A stretch of DNA of 64,000 bases from Podarcis erhardii. Taxonomy: Eukaryota. The first letter of the stretch is position 1; the number at the start of each line of letters is the position of its first letter. Shown here piece after piece: positions 14,079 to 25,649 of this stretch. The position numbers and the translations under genes are program-made. Below the pieces are notes generated by a model. That model saw only the letters and a program-made list of their open reading frames with translations. It searched no databases and was not told the DNA's origin. The stretch lies in the NCBI GenBank assembly GCA_964252035.1, contig OZ176201.1; one strand, written 5' to 3'.

Positions 14079-14562
14079 GGAGCCGCTTCCAGACGAGAAT
14101 CGTCAAAACGGATCTTGCTCAGGAAGGTGTTTGCAAAGCACGTTTTTCGCCGCCGGCCATCGCTCCTCCCCAACGTCCGCGCATAAAATCCCCCGTCTCA
14201 TCCCGTCCCGCCTCCTCCCCCCCGATCACAGACAGCAAGACCTAGGGCTCTGACACGAACCAAAACCCCGCAGAGACGGACAGTGCCACCCCCACCCCCC
14301 ATCCCGCTCCTCACTGTGCTATCGGGATAAGTTCAGACAGAGCCGTCGGGAGGGAGGAGGGGCAACAAGGCGCGCGGCGGAAAAACGCTTCCGCCGAAGC
14401 GCGCCGAGGTTTGAAGCAGCCGCTGAGCGCAGATCTCTCTCTTCTGGGCGAGGGGGCAATAAGAGGACAGTGACCTGGACCCCTGGGACCATCCATATTG
14501 GAAGCTCCTCCAGCCTCGGGCAGGGACCTGGGGCGAGTTAGCCCCCCCCCCCCAGTTCGACT

Positions 14563-14709
14563 CAGTGGCGTAGCGTGGGTTGTCAGCACCCGGGGCAAGG
14601 CAAGTAATTTGCACCCCCTAACCCGTGGATTTGCGCCCCCTAACCCTAACCCCCAGATGTTGCGCCCGGTGCGGCCGGCCCCCCCTGCACCCCCCACGCT
14701 ACGCCACTG
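14563..14709. mobile_element. 147-bp hAT-type MITE, copy 1, in the intron 1 CpG island
   Basis: Perfect 17-bp TIR CAGTGGCGTAGCGTGGG; 8-bp TSD GTTCGACT/CTTCGACT (7/8). Confidence 0.92.
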
Positions 14710-15100
14710 CTTCGACTCCCCTCTTCCCACCCCCTCCTCCGCGCAGCCGATTTCTGGTTACAGTGGGGGAACGAAGGCGAAAGGGTATAGGAAACCCTTC
14801 CATGTACTGCCAAATGGCGATAGGGGGCTGCTTGTTCCCTTCCCAATTATCCGGGCAAATGGAGTAAAAGGAAACCAGCTCTTTTTCACAGGGGAAGAAG
14901 ATTCATTGCTCCCTTTGATGAACTGGGAGCAAACCCTTGTTCTTGCTTTAAAAAGGACTACGGAGAAGAATTTGCAGCCCGAAGTTCTATCTGGCGGTCG
15001 CACTCTGGTAACCTGTCCCGCCCCGCCCGTTTAACGTTACGTGAGGCATTCCAGAGTCTGGAATGTCGCACCTCGAAATCGTCCTCTGGAGCCAACCGAT

Positions 15101-15107
<7 letters not shown>

Positions 15108-15146
<39 letters not shown>
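15108..15146. repeat. (TG)n microsatellite in intron 1
   Basis: About 19 units. Confidence 0.97.
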
Positions 15147-15147
<1 letters not shown>

Positions 15148-17264
15148 TGAACTGAACGGGGCTACTCGAGAGTGAGTGTCACAAGAGCAAAAAATGCGGC
15201 GGGTGGGGTGTAGATCTGTGGCCCTCAGCGCTCCAAGCGCCACTTTGGACAGCAACCGGGACTTTTGCACGCAAGATATAAAGGACTCGATCCGCGTGAA
15301 GTGTGCCATTCAAGTCGGGGTAAAAAGAAGCGTAGAGCGAGGGACAACTCATTCCAGAAAAGCAGTAGCCGTCCAAGCTTATAACAACAGAGAAATGAAG
15401 CCCCGGCGGCTTCGGTGGAGTTTACTCCCAAGTAAATAACGCGCGCATAAGGCTCCCGTGGCTGGATTTTTATTGGCCCGATTACAAGAATCCGATAAGG
15501 GACAGGATGACGCCCTAATAATGCGAGCAAAGAGAAGCTACTTGGTCTCCGCTCCAGACTCCCGCGCTAGTTTCGCCTTTCAAGTAGGCGCATTCCACCT
15601 AATCCGATTGGCAAACCCGTCCAGACCGCGTCGCCGTTCCCCTCTAACGCCGGTCTTGCCTTAGGACGTCGGACGCCGTTATTCCAGGGGGCTTAATATT
15701 GGTCAGAGCGCTTCGCGGGCTCGACGGATATCGGTGCGGAGAGCTGTGGGCGCCTCTCGCTTCAGCGGGCTGGGTTCCAAGAAGGGCCTTGTAGAGTACA
15801 CCGGATCGCGGAAACGAGGGGGCTTTTCGGAGGCCCGCCGGTGGCGGAGCGGCTCCCCCAGGCTCCAAGGCCGGTGCGTTGCCACCGGTGGACTCCCTTG
15901 CGCCTTAGAGCCAAGCGATCGCGCCACGAGGAAGGCGGCTCTGGCGCCGGAAGGGCCCGAGCGAGGAAACTTGGCCCGGCCCGGCCTATCGCGGGGTCCC
16001 CGCGCTTGCCGTCTTGCGCCGAGGCAGGCCTGGACTTTGCTGCGTCCAGAGGGCCTCGTCCACCCACAGCCCCATTCCCCTTACTACAGATCTACATATA
16101 TAAATCACCTTATCCACCAAGGAGCTCCTACCGTACCTCGGGAGAAAGCCAAGGGCCAACGTAGCCCCGCGGAGCGGCCTTCCTCCCCAGCAAAGCATGA
16201 CACAAGGCTGCAGGAATTTGGGGGAACAGGCCGGAGGGGGGTGCGCGTCTAGTGACGGGCCGCTGACGGCGCCCGATTTATTTCCCCGGCAGTCTGAAGC
16301 GCCTTGAAGGAATGTGGAGAGTTCATGCCCCATAAAGCCGGCCACGCTCCAGCAAATTGGGGACGGGGAGGGAGCAGAGAAGGCGAGGCTGGAGAGGAAC
16401 AGAAAGCCCCCGCAGCCGTCGGGGGGATGCAAAGCTCATGTGCGTGTGCAAATAACAGAAGGGAATAAATCCCCAGCTATAGGGAGAAGCCAATGTGTGT
16501 GTTTCGGCCGATGTGCACATAAGAGGTTCAACGCCCCCCGCCCCGCCTTTTTGCCACTGGCTCCCTGTGTGGCCCGATCCCCTCGGTTTTTCCGCCTGTC
16601 TTATGGGACTGTTGAATGAGCGATGGACTACGTCGGCACCGCCCGTCGGGCGCCTTGCGCCTCTCTCAAAGCGCTGTGCGAACAAGACGGCAACTTCGCG
16701 GTCCCAGCCTCGGAGCTCTACCACTTTCTTCCCGACGAGGGCAGCGCGCCGCCGGAGATGCAAGCCTGTCCGTCGCAAGGGAACGCCTCACGCAAAGATG
16801 CTGGCGGAGTCAAGACGGGGGGGGGGGGGTCCAAGGACGCGCAGTCCTGGGGGGGGGGGTTGCCAAGGGGTTGTGGGCGCGCGGGATAGCAGGGGCAGAC
16901 TCTCCAAAAGTCATCCACAGATGGGGACTTAAAGAAAATATATACAGTATATCCGAATGAGAATACCCATCTCTGCCACACACAAACCCATCTTCGGCTG
17001 TGATCGTGACACTGGCAGGCCTTGACTTCGGAATCCTGGGGCGCAAGGAGATTCTTCGGGAGGAGTTTCTATTCAAACTCCGCGCGCCGAGTCCAAATAC
17101 TGTATTAGGCTCGGAGGATTAACGCAAGTATAGCTGCATCTGAGCGATCTTCTGCGCACAGATCCAGCTATAGATCTAATATTTAAAAACTGGTTTATGG
17201 CGGAGCCGGCTTTGTTTTAAAGGCGAGAGAGCCTAGTTGGACGCGGAAGCCGTTCTCCGCCGCC

Positions 17265-17325
17265 CCCAATAGAGGGCAGCCGAAGCCGTCAAACCAAGCC
17301 CGGGGACGCTACACTAGGGGGCCAG
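17265..17325 (+). promoter_or_regulatory. Tandem CTCF-like motifs in intron 1
   Basis: CCCAATAGAGGGCAGC (17265-17280) and TACACTAGGGGGCCAG (17310-17325), same orientation, 45 bp apart. Confidence 0.45.
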
Positions 17326-19186
17326 AGAAAGAGGGATGGAGCCTCTCTCCGCGTTTCGCCCTCTCTTTTTGTTAGAAGTAATACTTCACCATTTCTTGGG
17401 GTTATTCCGTTCAGCCTGATCCAGAACGGAGAAAGAGCTCGGAGGCGGAGACCCCCTTCGGAGGGCGCCAAAAAGAAAGGCCCGGTGGTGTGCAGCGCCA
17501 CCAAGTCTCCCGGAACCGTTTTTTGAAATGCCCGGCGAATACTGGAAACAAGCCGCCGAAGAGTCCATTAGGACCGGGCCATTTAAACTTCGCGTTCGAA
17601 GGCAGCCCCCGGACAGAGCAGCCCATTGCTTTTTGTGGGGGAAATTAGCTATTTCAAAACGTTTTATTTTTCGGGGGTGCAGATCATCCCTCCCCAAGAG
17701 CAGCCAGAAGGGCTCGCCCGCCTGCGATCCTAACTTGCTTGTCTCTCTCTCTCCCCCCCCCCCAATTAAAAAAGAAAAAAAGAGCACAGGAGGTCTGGAA
17801 AGCCTGTTAGGGCATCTGGTTTTATGGCCGCTGTTTTAATGCTAGCTCTACCTTGAGTAAGTAGGCATGCAGACTGCGAGCCCCCTGGGCTCGGGTGGGT
17901 TGTAAAACGCAGGAACAATTGCCGAGGCGGGCCGGCTGGACGGCTTTGCAGGGCCAAGAGCGAGCCCACCACCTTGCCCTGGAGGGGAGGGGGCTTTGGA
18001 AAAGAAGGGGGGCTGTCTAAGAAAAGCGGGCGAAGCATTCCAAGGTTTTATGGGCTGCAGTTTTTAAACAAGGAAAGCTACTCATATACTAAAACTCCGG
18101 GAGGTGGAAGAGGGGAGGTAAAAGGTTGCTTTTTCTCCTCGCACCCCTGTTCTTCCATATTAAATGATATCCCGGGACTTTCGTTCCAGATCTCCCTGGA
18201 TCTCTCCTTCTCCTCTCCTCCGCCCCCCGCCATCCCTCAAAAAGATTAGTTTCTGGGTGAAACTGAACTCCCGGTGACCTCGCGACTGTAACTAATTTAG
18301 CATACAATTGACAATTAAAAACAAACACACACAACCTCCTCAATGTGGAGCATCAAAGGGACAGCGAGGCTTGGAGGGGGGAGCAAGGAGGGGGGACAAA
18401 GCAAAGCCCCTTCCGTCCTCCCCTTCCAACACATGCGGAACGCTTTACAGATGCAAAGTGACAATATGCAGAAACAGAGAGCAAAATTTGAGGGACTGAG
18501 GTGGAGGAGGAGAAGAAACGCGGCCAGGTTTTTCCCTGGCCACGAGCCAAGTTCTCTTAAAGGTACAGGCCTCCATGTCTGCCATGCCCGGGTTCTTCAA
18601 CACAAGTCCGCACGGGAGAAAGCTGCAAGAGATGTCCTATAAACCTCGATCCGCCTTGGAGGTGGCGGATGGCGCGGGGGGTGGGTTAGACTGAGAAGCT
18701 TTAGGCGCTGGGAATAAGTTCTGAAAAGAACAGATAAGGGCTTTCCAAGGAAATAAACAATACTAAGACAAGGGGGGGGGGGCATTATGGGAAGGGTGGG
18801 GCAGAATCGGAGCATTTTGCAGCAACAGGTTTGTTGCGAGACTGGAGAGTTCTGACCGGCGGGGGAGCGCGCGCAAAGAGGGGCTCCTGAATGAACGCGG
18901 TGAAGAGAGAGAGGGAAGCCTATGTTCTCATTCTTTCGCTCTCGTTAGTTTCACCTTAAGCCAAATATTTGTAAGAAATCCGAAGCCACAGCCTCCTTCT
19001 CGCGCCCTCCCTCTCCAAGGAGCTAATTTTCAAGCGCGCGCTCTCTCTCTCTTTCGACGATTTCCCCCCGATCGCAAATTTGGAGCAAATCCAGCCATCG
19101 CTTCGGACCCCGCTCCCCTCCTTCCCGCAGCCCAGCGGATTTCGAGCCCCCGCCCCGCTTTCCCATTCCGAAGTTGTGTTACTCAC

Positions 19187-19192
19187 CTCCAT
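19187..19192 (-). CDS. WNT5A: WNT5A exon 1A coding part (Met-Glu)
   Basis: ACAACAATGGAG|gtgagt: strong Kozak (A at -3, G at +4) followed by a consensus donor. The 6 coding nt match the two-codon exon 1 recalled for human (MK) and chicken (ME). It sits at the edge of the GC-richest part of the island. Confidence 0.9.
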
Positions 19193-20963
19193 TGTTGTTG
19201 CGGGAGGGAGAAAGCGTCGAAGATGGATGGGGGGTGGTCGGGGGCGGACGGGCGAGGAGAAGAGAGAGACCCGCCAAAGCGAGCCTAGCTTAGCAGCCAA
19301 GTAATCCACAAGTGAGGCGGTGCGAAGCCCAAATCGTCGCCGTACGCTCCGAGGCAGAGAAAGGCTGGCAAGGGATCTCCGCCGGGCCGGGCCGGGCCGG
19401 GCCGCTCCAGCGACGGAGCAGAGGCGCCTCCTTCGCAAGGTCCATCCGCGGTCGCGAGGGGACGGGACCGGCTCCCAGGCTGGCAGCTCCTCGCTCGGCT
19501 CTGGGACTCAGACCGGCCCAGGTAGTGTTGCTGGTGGTGCTGCAGCAGCAGCGGGTTGGGTGCCTCCGGAGCGCGCCTGCAGGCTCCCTCCGGCGCTCGC
19601 CTGCTGCCTACCCGCTGCCACGGGGCGCCCGGGGCTGTCGAGCCGTGCCCAGGCTGCGTCCCTCCATTGCAAGCCAGTCAAGACGGGGGGCGGGGGGGGC
19701 GCAAGGCGAGCTCCTCCGGGCTTCAAAGCGGGAGGCGGCGGCGGCGGCGGCTGCCCCAATCCATGGCCCGCGGTGGCGCGAAGGTGCCTCTTCCCCTCGA
19801 CCGACTTCCTTCCTTCCTTCTCCCCGCGGCTACATGCTCCGCCGCGCGGCGCAGAGTCGCTCCCGGCGCTCGCCTTCCCTCCGGCGTCTGGCGCGCTTCT
19901 GCCCTCGCCGCTCCTCCGAAGTGCAAGAAAAGTTGCGGCGGCGGCGACGGCGGCGGCGGCGTCCGAAGGGGGAAGAGAACGGGAGGGGAGGGGAGGCGCA
20001 GAGAGCGGGCGAGAGGGAGCCTTTGGAGAGAGGCGCGCATGCGCCCCGCGCCGGCCTATGGCAGCCCAGAGCGAGGTTCTAAGGAGCACCTCAGGCGGCA
20101 GCCTCGGGAGGGACGCGGAGATGCTCCGCGCGAGGAAAGGAGGGTGCCCGGCGCCGCGGGCGAGCGTGTTTTCTCCGCCGCCAGGCTTTTGCAAAAGGCG
20201 CCATTGGGACACGGACGCCATCCGCAGCAGTGAATCCGGAGTGGCTGCTTTGCCCCCCAGCCCCGAAAAGCGTTTGTTAATTTTCTCTCCATTTCTAAAT
20301 CAGTTGGGAATTCAGGTTCACGAGACTGACACAGGAATAGTTACCACTCCCACGAGCAGCAGTGACTCCGCCGATTTAGAAAACTCGGCTCAGTGGCACA
20401 AATCCCCTCCTGCCCTTGCCCTTGTTGTTAATTTTCTGGTTTTTATTTTTTAATCGTTTTTTTAATCGCGGTTACGAGTTTTCTGATCATTCCGTGTTTG
20501 ATTTTAGATTTGTTTTTGCAACGCTTTGAGGTCCAAGGATTAGATAGCTACTACTAGTAGTAAATAAATAAAGAACCCAGCACTTACTGTTTTCAGATCC
20601 AGGACTCGCCCTTAATCCTAGTCTACAACGAGGAGACAACTTTTTATTTATTTATTTTGCGTGGTGACGTATGTGGGCACCACCCACTTTAGCTCAGGTG
20701 CGAACTTCTGCATATTTAGTTAGTCTCATTGGAATAAAAGGGGCCTTACTTCCAAGTAGGTATGTAGGAGCGGGTGGCTGCAGACTAAGGCAACTGTCCC
20801 CAAAGCCCTCCAGGTGTTTTGTTCTACAATTGCCACCAACCCCCGGCAAAAGATCCAATAGGTAGGGATGATGGAAACTATAGTTCAACAACATCTGGCC
20901 GGAGCACCAGGCTGAGGATGGCCGGTCTAAGGGTTTGCTATGAGGGTTTTTTGTTTTGTTTTA

Positions 20964-21017
20964 ATTGGTCGGCTCAGCTCTAAAGTTTAGCCAACTGCGC
21001 AGCGAAGCTCTGATTGG
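20964..21017. promoter_or_regulatory. Paired CCAAT boxes (ATTGG at 20964 and 21013)
   Basis: Two same-orientation ATTGG motifs 49 bp apart at the upstream shore of the island. Confidence 0.4.
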
Positions 21018-21065
21018 TAAAGAAAAATCGTTTTATATGCGTTGTATATGCGATATAACACCGTG

Positions 21066-21081
21066 ACACCAGATGGCGCTG
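21066..21081 (+). promoter_or_regulatory. CTCF motif upstream of promoter A
   Basis: ACACCAGATGGCGCTG, one mismatch to CCACCAGATGGCGC. Confidence 0.55.
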
Positions 21082-22639
21082 TGGAGTCCCGTCTTTCCCT
21101 GCCGGATTTCCCTGTTGGAGTTTGCAACAAGGTTAACTGAATCGCTTCTTTGACGCGTCTAAATCAAGGAATAATAAAAGGAGAGTGGTGCCTCGGGCCA
21201 TGAGCGAAGTGCTCTCTCCTCCCCAAGGAACAACTATGATGACCAAGGTGGCTTCAAGAACAAGGTAGTACAGTACTCACAAAACTTTGACCTGCACCAA
21301 ATCCGAGGTGCAGGCGAAGAAGTTTCACGTGACTGCCTTGGAAGGAGACTGGTGCCGATCGGAGCCCCTACGTCACCCACGTCCATGTATTGAAAAGTTG
21401 GTATGAAGTTGGTATGAAGTTGGTACTTTGCCATGAGCGGAACAGGAGCGCTGCTAGCTGGTAACACAGATCAGACCAAAGGCCCATCTATTCCAATTTC
21501 CTGCATCCTGTTTCCTGCAGTGGCGAAGCAGAGGCCCCTAGGGATCACAGGGTCAATACCTGGGGGTGCTGCCCCGCTCCTGTTGTTGCTGTCAGCAAAT
21601 GCTATTTATCTGATCTCTGCTGAAAGGCATCTAAACCCGTGCAAGGTAACTATTATAATAAGAAAAGTGTGAGGGGGCGAAGAGTAACCTACAGGAAGCG
21701 ATCTTGAACATGTCCGTCAAAGGGGCAGTTTAAAGAAATGGCACCAGAAACTCTCTTTGCCTGCAGAAAAGCCCCCCCCCCCCCCACGCCAGAAGAATTT
21801 CCTACTTAAATATGGTGGGGGCAATTTCCAGTCCTTCAAGCCCCTATTAATGGTGATCAGCCCATAAGGATCATATAATCTATTCACCTCTATCTTAAGT
21901 ACGTTTACATAGTAGTATGTCCCATCGAAATCATAATAACCATAAAGCTTCTGTTATCAACGTGGTTAATTCTATATCGCTGTCCAATGCAACGTCAACC
22001 ACACTGACAATTTCAGTGGGCTGAAGCGTGCCTAAGTCTCTGCCGGATAGGGGCCCTGTAGACGGCAGAGATATCATAGCGCCCATTTCATTGGCTAGAC
22101 AAAGTCTTAGTCTCGCCATCTGAGTATACATGGTGTTCGCCAGGTACATCTGCAAGTTAAAAAAACAAACCAAGCAAAACGATTCATAGGATCGATTCTT
22201 GAAGTATGTAGTATTACAGCATATGCAATCTGTGGTTGAAATTCATTAAATATAGTATTACGGTCCAAACACATTACTGTATAAATTATGACGTTTTGAA
22301 TAACTTTATTTCTCACACAAATCACTTACACACATCTACCTCGCAGAAATATACGTTATATAAACAGATACAACGATAGAGGATAGATTATATGTTGATG
22401 GCGACGACGACCTTTTTAAAGGCTGCAATTCTAAGCACGCATACTAGGTTGCAACCCTAAGCAGGTTAACCAAGAAGCTTTATGATCGTAGAAGTCTCAT
22501 TGAAATCCAATGGGATTTATTTCTGAGCAGAAGTCCTTAGGCTCCTGAGTTGCACACCTCTCACCCTGCCCTCTTAGGCTAAGCCCCCTCTATGGTTTGC
22601 GAGCCAATCTTACTCGATCTTACTTCCTACTAAACCGGA

Positions 22640-23130
22640 TTAGGATTGGGTTGCAGGTCGGCGCCGTCGGGGAACACGCATACAAACACACACAGCGATT
22701 ACACGTGTAGTGGTGGGATGACACTTCCCCCCCAGCCCAGCCCCGCCCCCTTGAAGGATGACTAAGCCCTGGCAGGTCGGTTTCCTCCTTCGGCGGTGTG
22801 TGTTTCCGTTGTCAATTTGGCAGGTTGTTGACAAGCCACGGTCGGTTAAATCAGGCAGGATCTGAATGAAAGGCTTGCTGGAGCTTTTGTCCTTCTTGGC
22901 CTTTGTAGGGCTCCGCCAAAGCCGTCGCTCGGGCTGGCGGCTGCCTCTCCCCCCGCTCCCCTCCCTCTCTCCCCCACCCACATCTCCGGCCCTGGCTCAG
23001 CCATCCAAGAGCAAAGAGGAGCAGGAGGCCTGGAGCGCGCCTTCGCCTCCCCTTCCCGCGCGCCCTGGGAGAGGATCTCTGGCAAAGAGAGACCAAATGG
23101 ACAGTGGTGGGAAGGGTAGCCGTCTCTGCA
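22640..23130. promoter_or_regulatory. Small upstream CpG-rich block (candidate enhancer or alternative promoter)
   Basis: Local CpG/GC enrichment, a palindromic E-box (TACACGTGTA, ~22679-22688) and a GC box (CCCCGCCCC, ~22741-22749). Confidence 0.4.
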
Positions 23131-23149
23131 GTCCGCCCAAGACTGCAGC

Positions 23150-23367
23150 TGGAGTGTTAGAATAGGACCAAGGTTGAAATCCCTGCTTGGCCATGAAACT
23201 CACTGGGTAACCTTGGGCCAGTCACTGTGTCTCATTTTAACCTACCTCACAAGGTTGTTGTGGGGATTAAATGAGGAGGGCGAGAACCATATATGCCACC
23301 TTGAGCTGCTTGGCCAAAAAAGATGGGCTATAAATGCCACAAGTAAATAAATAAATAAATAAAAATA
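23150..23367 (+). mobile_element. Squam3-type CORE SINE (older)
   Basis: Degenerate B box GGTTGAAATCC, CORE ACCTTGGGCCAGTCAC...CTACCTCACAAGGTTGTTGTG, and a (TAAA)n tail. Confidence 0.75.
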
Positions 23368-24058
23368 AGCAGATGTGAATGGTTCCTGAAGAATCAGAAG
23401 CTTTGATCTGAAACACAACACAACACACACACACACCTTGCAATGAATGGTGTGCCTGGCACATGCAGACACTTGCGTTTGAGAAATATTGAATCCCAGT
23501 GTGTAATTCTGGGGGAGCAGAAACATTTGCAGAGACTCGCCCTGTCTCTATGAATCTTCTATTACTGGATGGAAAGATTCCCCTCGGTACGCGTTACATG
23601 GTAAATAAATCAGGCCCCATATTAACCTGTACTTTGATTCATTCAGCAGAAATCATGATCAAGAATGGATAAATTACAGCTCTCTGCAGACGCCCGGTTC
23701 CAAAAAAAAAAAAAAAAAAAAAAAGGAATGAGACAGGGTAGTCTTCCTTTCTTTGTTTCTTTGTTTCTTTTAAAGGAAGAGCAACTGGGTTTTATGCCTA
23801 GTAAATATTTTATTGCCTTTGGTTTACTGTGGCATTTCAATGATCCCCTTTTAGGAGTCTGCAAACTGCGCAGGTTAAAGGTCATTTCTCGAATCACTGG
23901 CATTAGGAAAGAATAGCAGAAAACTGTAAAGCGAGGGAGGGGGCAGCACAGTAAAACAAGCCAGCCCGCCTGAAAGAAACCCAGGAAGGGTCCCTCAAGT
24001 TGTTTGCCTGGATGTTTCTCAGGGTGTAATTGACCAATGTCGTTGGGCAAAGGGAACC

Positions 24059-24074
24059 GCCTCCAGAGGGCGAG
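24059..24074 (+). promoter_or_regulatory. CTCF-like motif
   Basis: GCCTCCAGAGGGCGAG. Confidence 0.4.
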
Positions 24075-25254
24075 GTCATCAACAGGCAGGCCGGCAGGCA
24101 GGCGCAGGTATTAAGGAAATCAAAGCGCAGGCTGCATCCTCTGGGCCTCTGGAGTTCCTCTTTTAGGGTTAAAAACAAACACTGGAAGAAAGGATGGTTG
24201 CTGTGAACGAGAGATGTCTTTCGAAAGCACGAGGACGCAGAGGAAAATGCATCTAATAACCCCCCCCCCCAAAAAAAGAAGCAATTCAAGGTATCCTCCT
24301 CCTGCAATGTTTGGAAAGTTTCCCTCTCTCCTGTTCCCTAGCCATTAAAACAGCTGGGGAGGCAAAAGAGGGCGGAGGAGAAAGGGTAAAAAAAAAAACC
24401 AGGCTGCAAGGCGCTCAGGTTTCTGCTGCTTTTGTTTTCCACTGGTTTTTATTAAAGAGGGGGAACTGAGATCTGGCCTGACAGAGGACTGATTTTCCTG
24501 GGTTTAACTACAAGCAATCTGAATGTTTGCACCAGCAGAAAGGCAATGCTGATTAAAATACCCTGCAGCAGGAAGACATATTGCCTGTGTGTGTGCTATC
24601 TTTGGTTTTTAAATGTTACTTATTTTTATGAGTGGGAAGACACCTTGCAATTCGAGCCTGGGCTCTGCCAGGTTATTTTGCTCCCTACGCAAGGCCAGCT
24701 TCTTGCACGCCCCTGCAAAAATTGCTAGCAATTCTATTGTGTTAATTCCTTCAAACATGATAAAATTCTTCAAAATATAAAAGTAAAATATCAGACATAC
24801 AAGGCCATTGGCATCCGTCTGTCAGAAATTTATAAGCTATAACAAAAACTATATAAAACTCTGCCCCCCCCCCCAGGTTAGTGATGTGCCACTCTGAAGT
24901 CTGCACCCGAGGCAGTTGCCAAGTTGGTCTAATGATAGGACCGGCCTTGACTCAGGAGCAAAGCACATCCCTTGCATTCAAAAGGTCCCTGGTTCAATCC
25001 CTGCAATCTCCAGGGAGAAATGGGAAAAAACATCTGCATGAAACTCTGGAGAGCTGCCAGAGTAAGCAACGTGGAGCCCTCCAGGTGTTGTTGGACTCCA
25101 ACTCCCATCAACCTCAAGCAGTCCAAAAAGCCTGGAGGGCACTCAATTGGGGAAGGCTCACATTACGGGTCACTTGGGCAGAACAAAGGGAACAGCAAGC
25201 AGCCTGCAGAATTGGGATTGAGAATTGCTTTGTCCAATTGCCCAAACATCAAAT

Positions 25255-25401
25255 CAGTGGCGTAGCGTGGGTTGTCAGCACCCGGGGCAAGGCAAGTAAT
25301 TTGCGCCCCCTAACCCGTGGATTTGCGCCCCCTAACCCTAACCCCCAGATGTTGCGCCCGGTGTGGCCGACCCCCCCTGCACCCCCCACGCTACGCCACT
25401 G
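25255..25401. mobile_element. 147-bp hAT-type MITE, copy 2
   Basis: Same TIRs; perfect 8-bp TSD CATCAAAT (25247-25254, 25402-25409); 3 substitutions versus copy 1. Confidence 0.94.
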
Positions 25402-25649
25402 CATCAAATGGATTTGAAATCCCACCCACCAATAGGATGTTCACGGGGAATGCAAAGCAACACAAAGTAGACTGAGGAATCTATGCGCATGGTGGATGAG
25501 AAATGTGGATCCTTGATAGCAAACCAAAACCTTGACTGTGTGTACTGGTGCTTCCTCATATGAGTTGAGCAGCAAGTGGCTTGTGGCATCACAAACTGCG
25601 CCTGCGATTGATGGATCAGTTCAGTTGTCAGCAAGATTCTCTGTTAAAT

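Larger units (their letters stand above)
13640..20400. promoter_or_regulatory. CpG island over promoter A, exon 1A, most of intron 1 and promoter B
   Basis: Continuous high GC with abundant CpG and many CGCG/GCGC and GGC runs, against CpG-depleted flanks; typical of a developmental gene. Confidence 0.88.

Noticed and set aside
14614-14654. CCCTAA repeats as an interstitial telomere or fusion scar
   Set aside because: Only three hexamers, and they sit inside a TIR/TSD-bounded MITE present twice.
19312-20453. Long ORFs (256, 377, 225, 237 aa) overlapping on both strands
   Set aside because: They lie in the most GC-rich part of the island, where stops are rare. The products are low-complexity Ala/Gly/Arg/Pro with no recognisable domain.
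21931-22173. 80-aa ORF in CpG-retaining shore sequence
   Set aside because: No recognisable homology; CpG retention is explained by proximity to the island.
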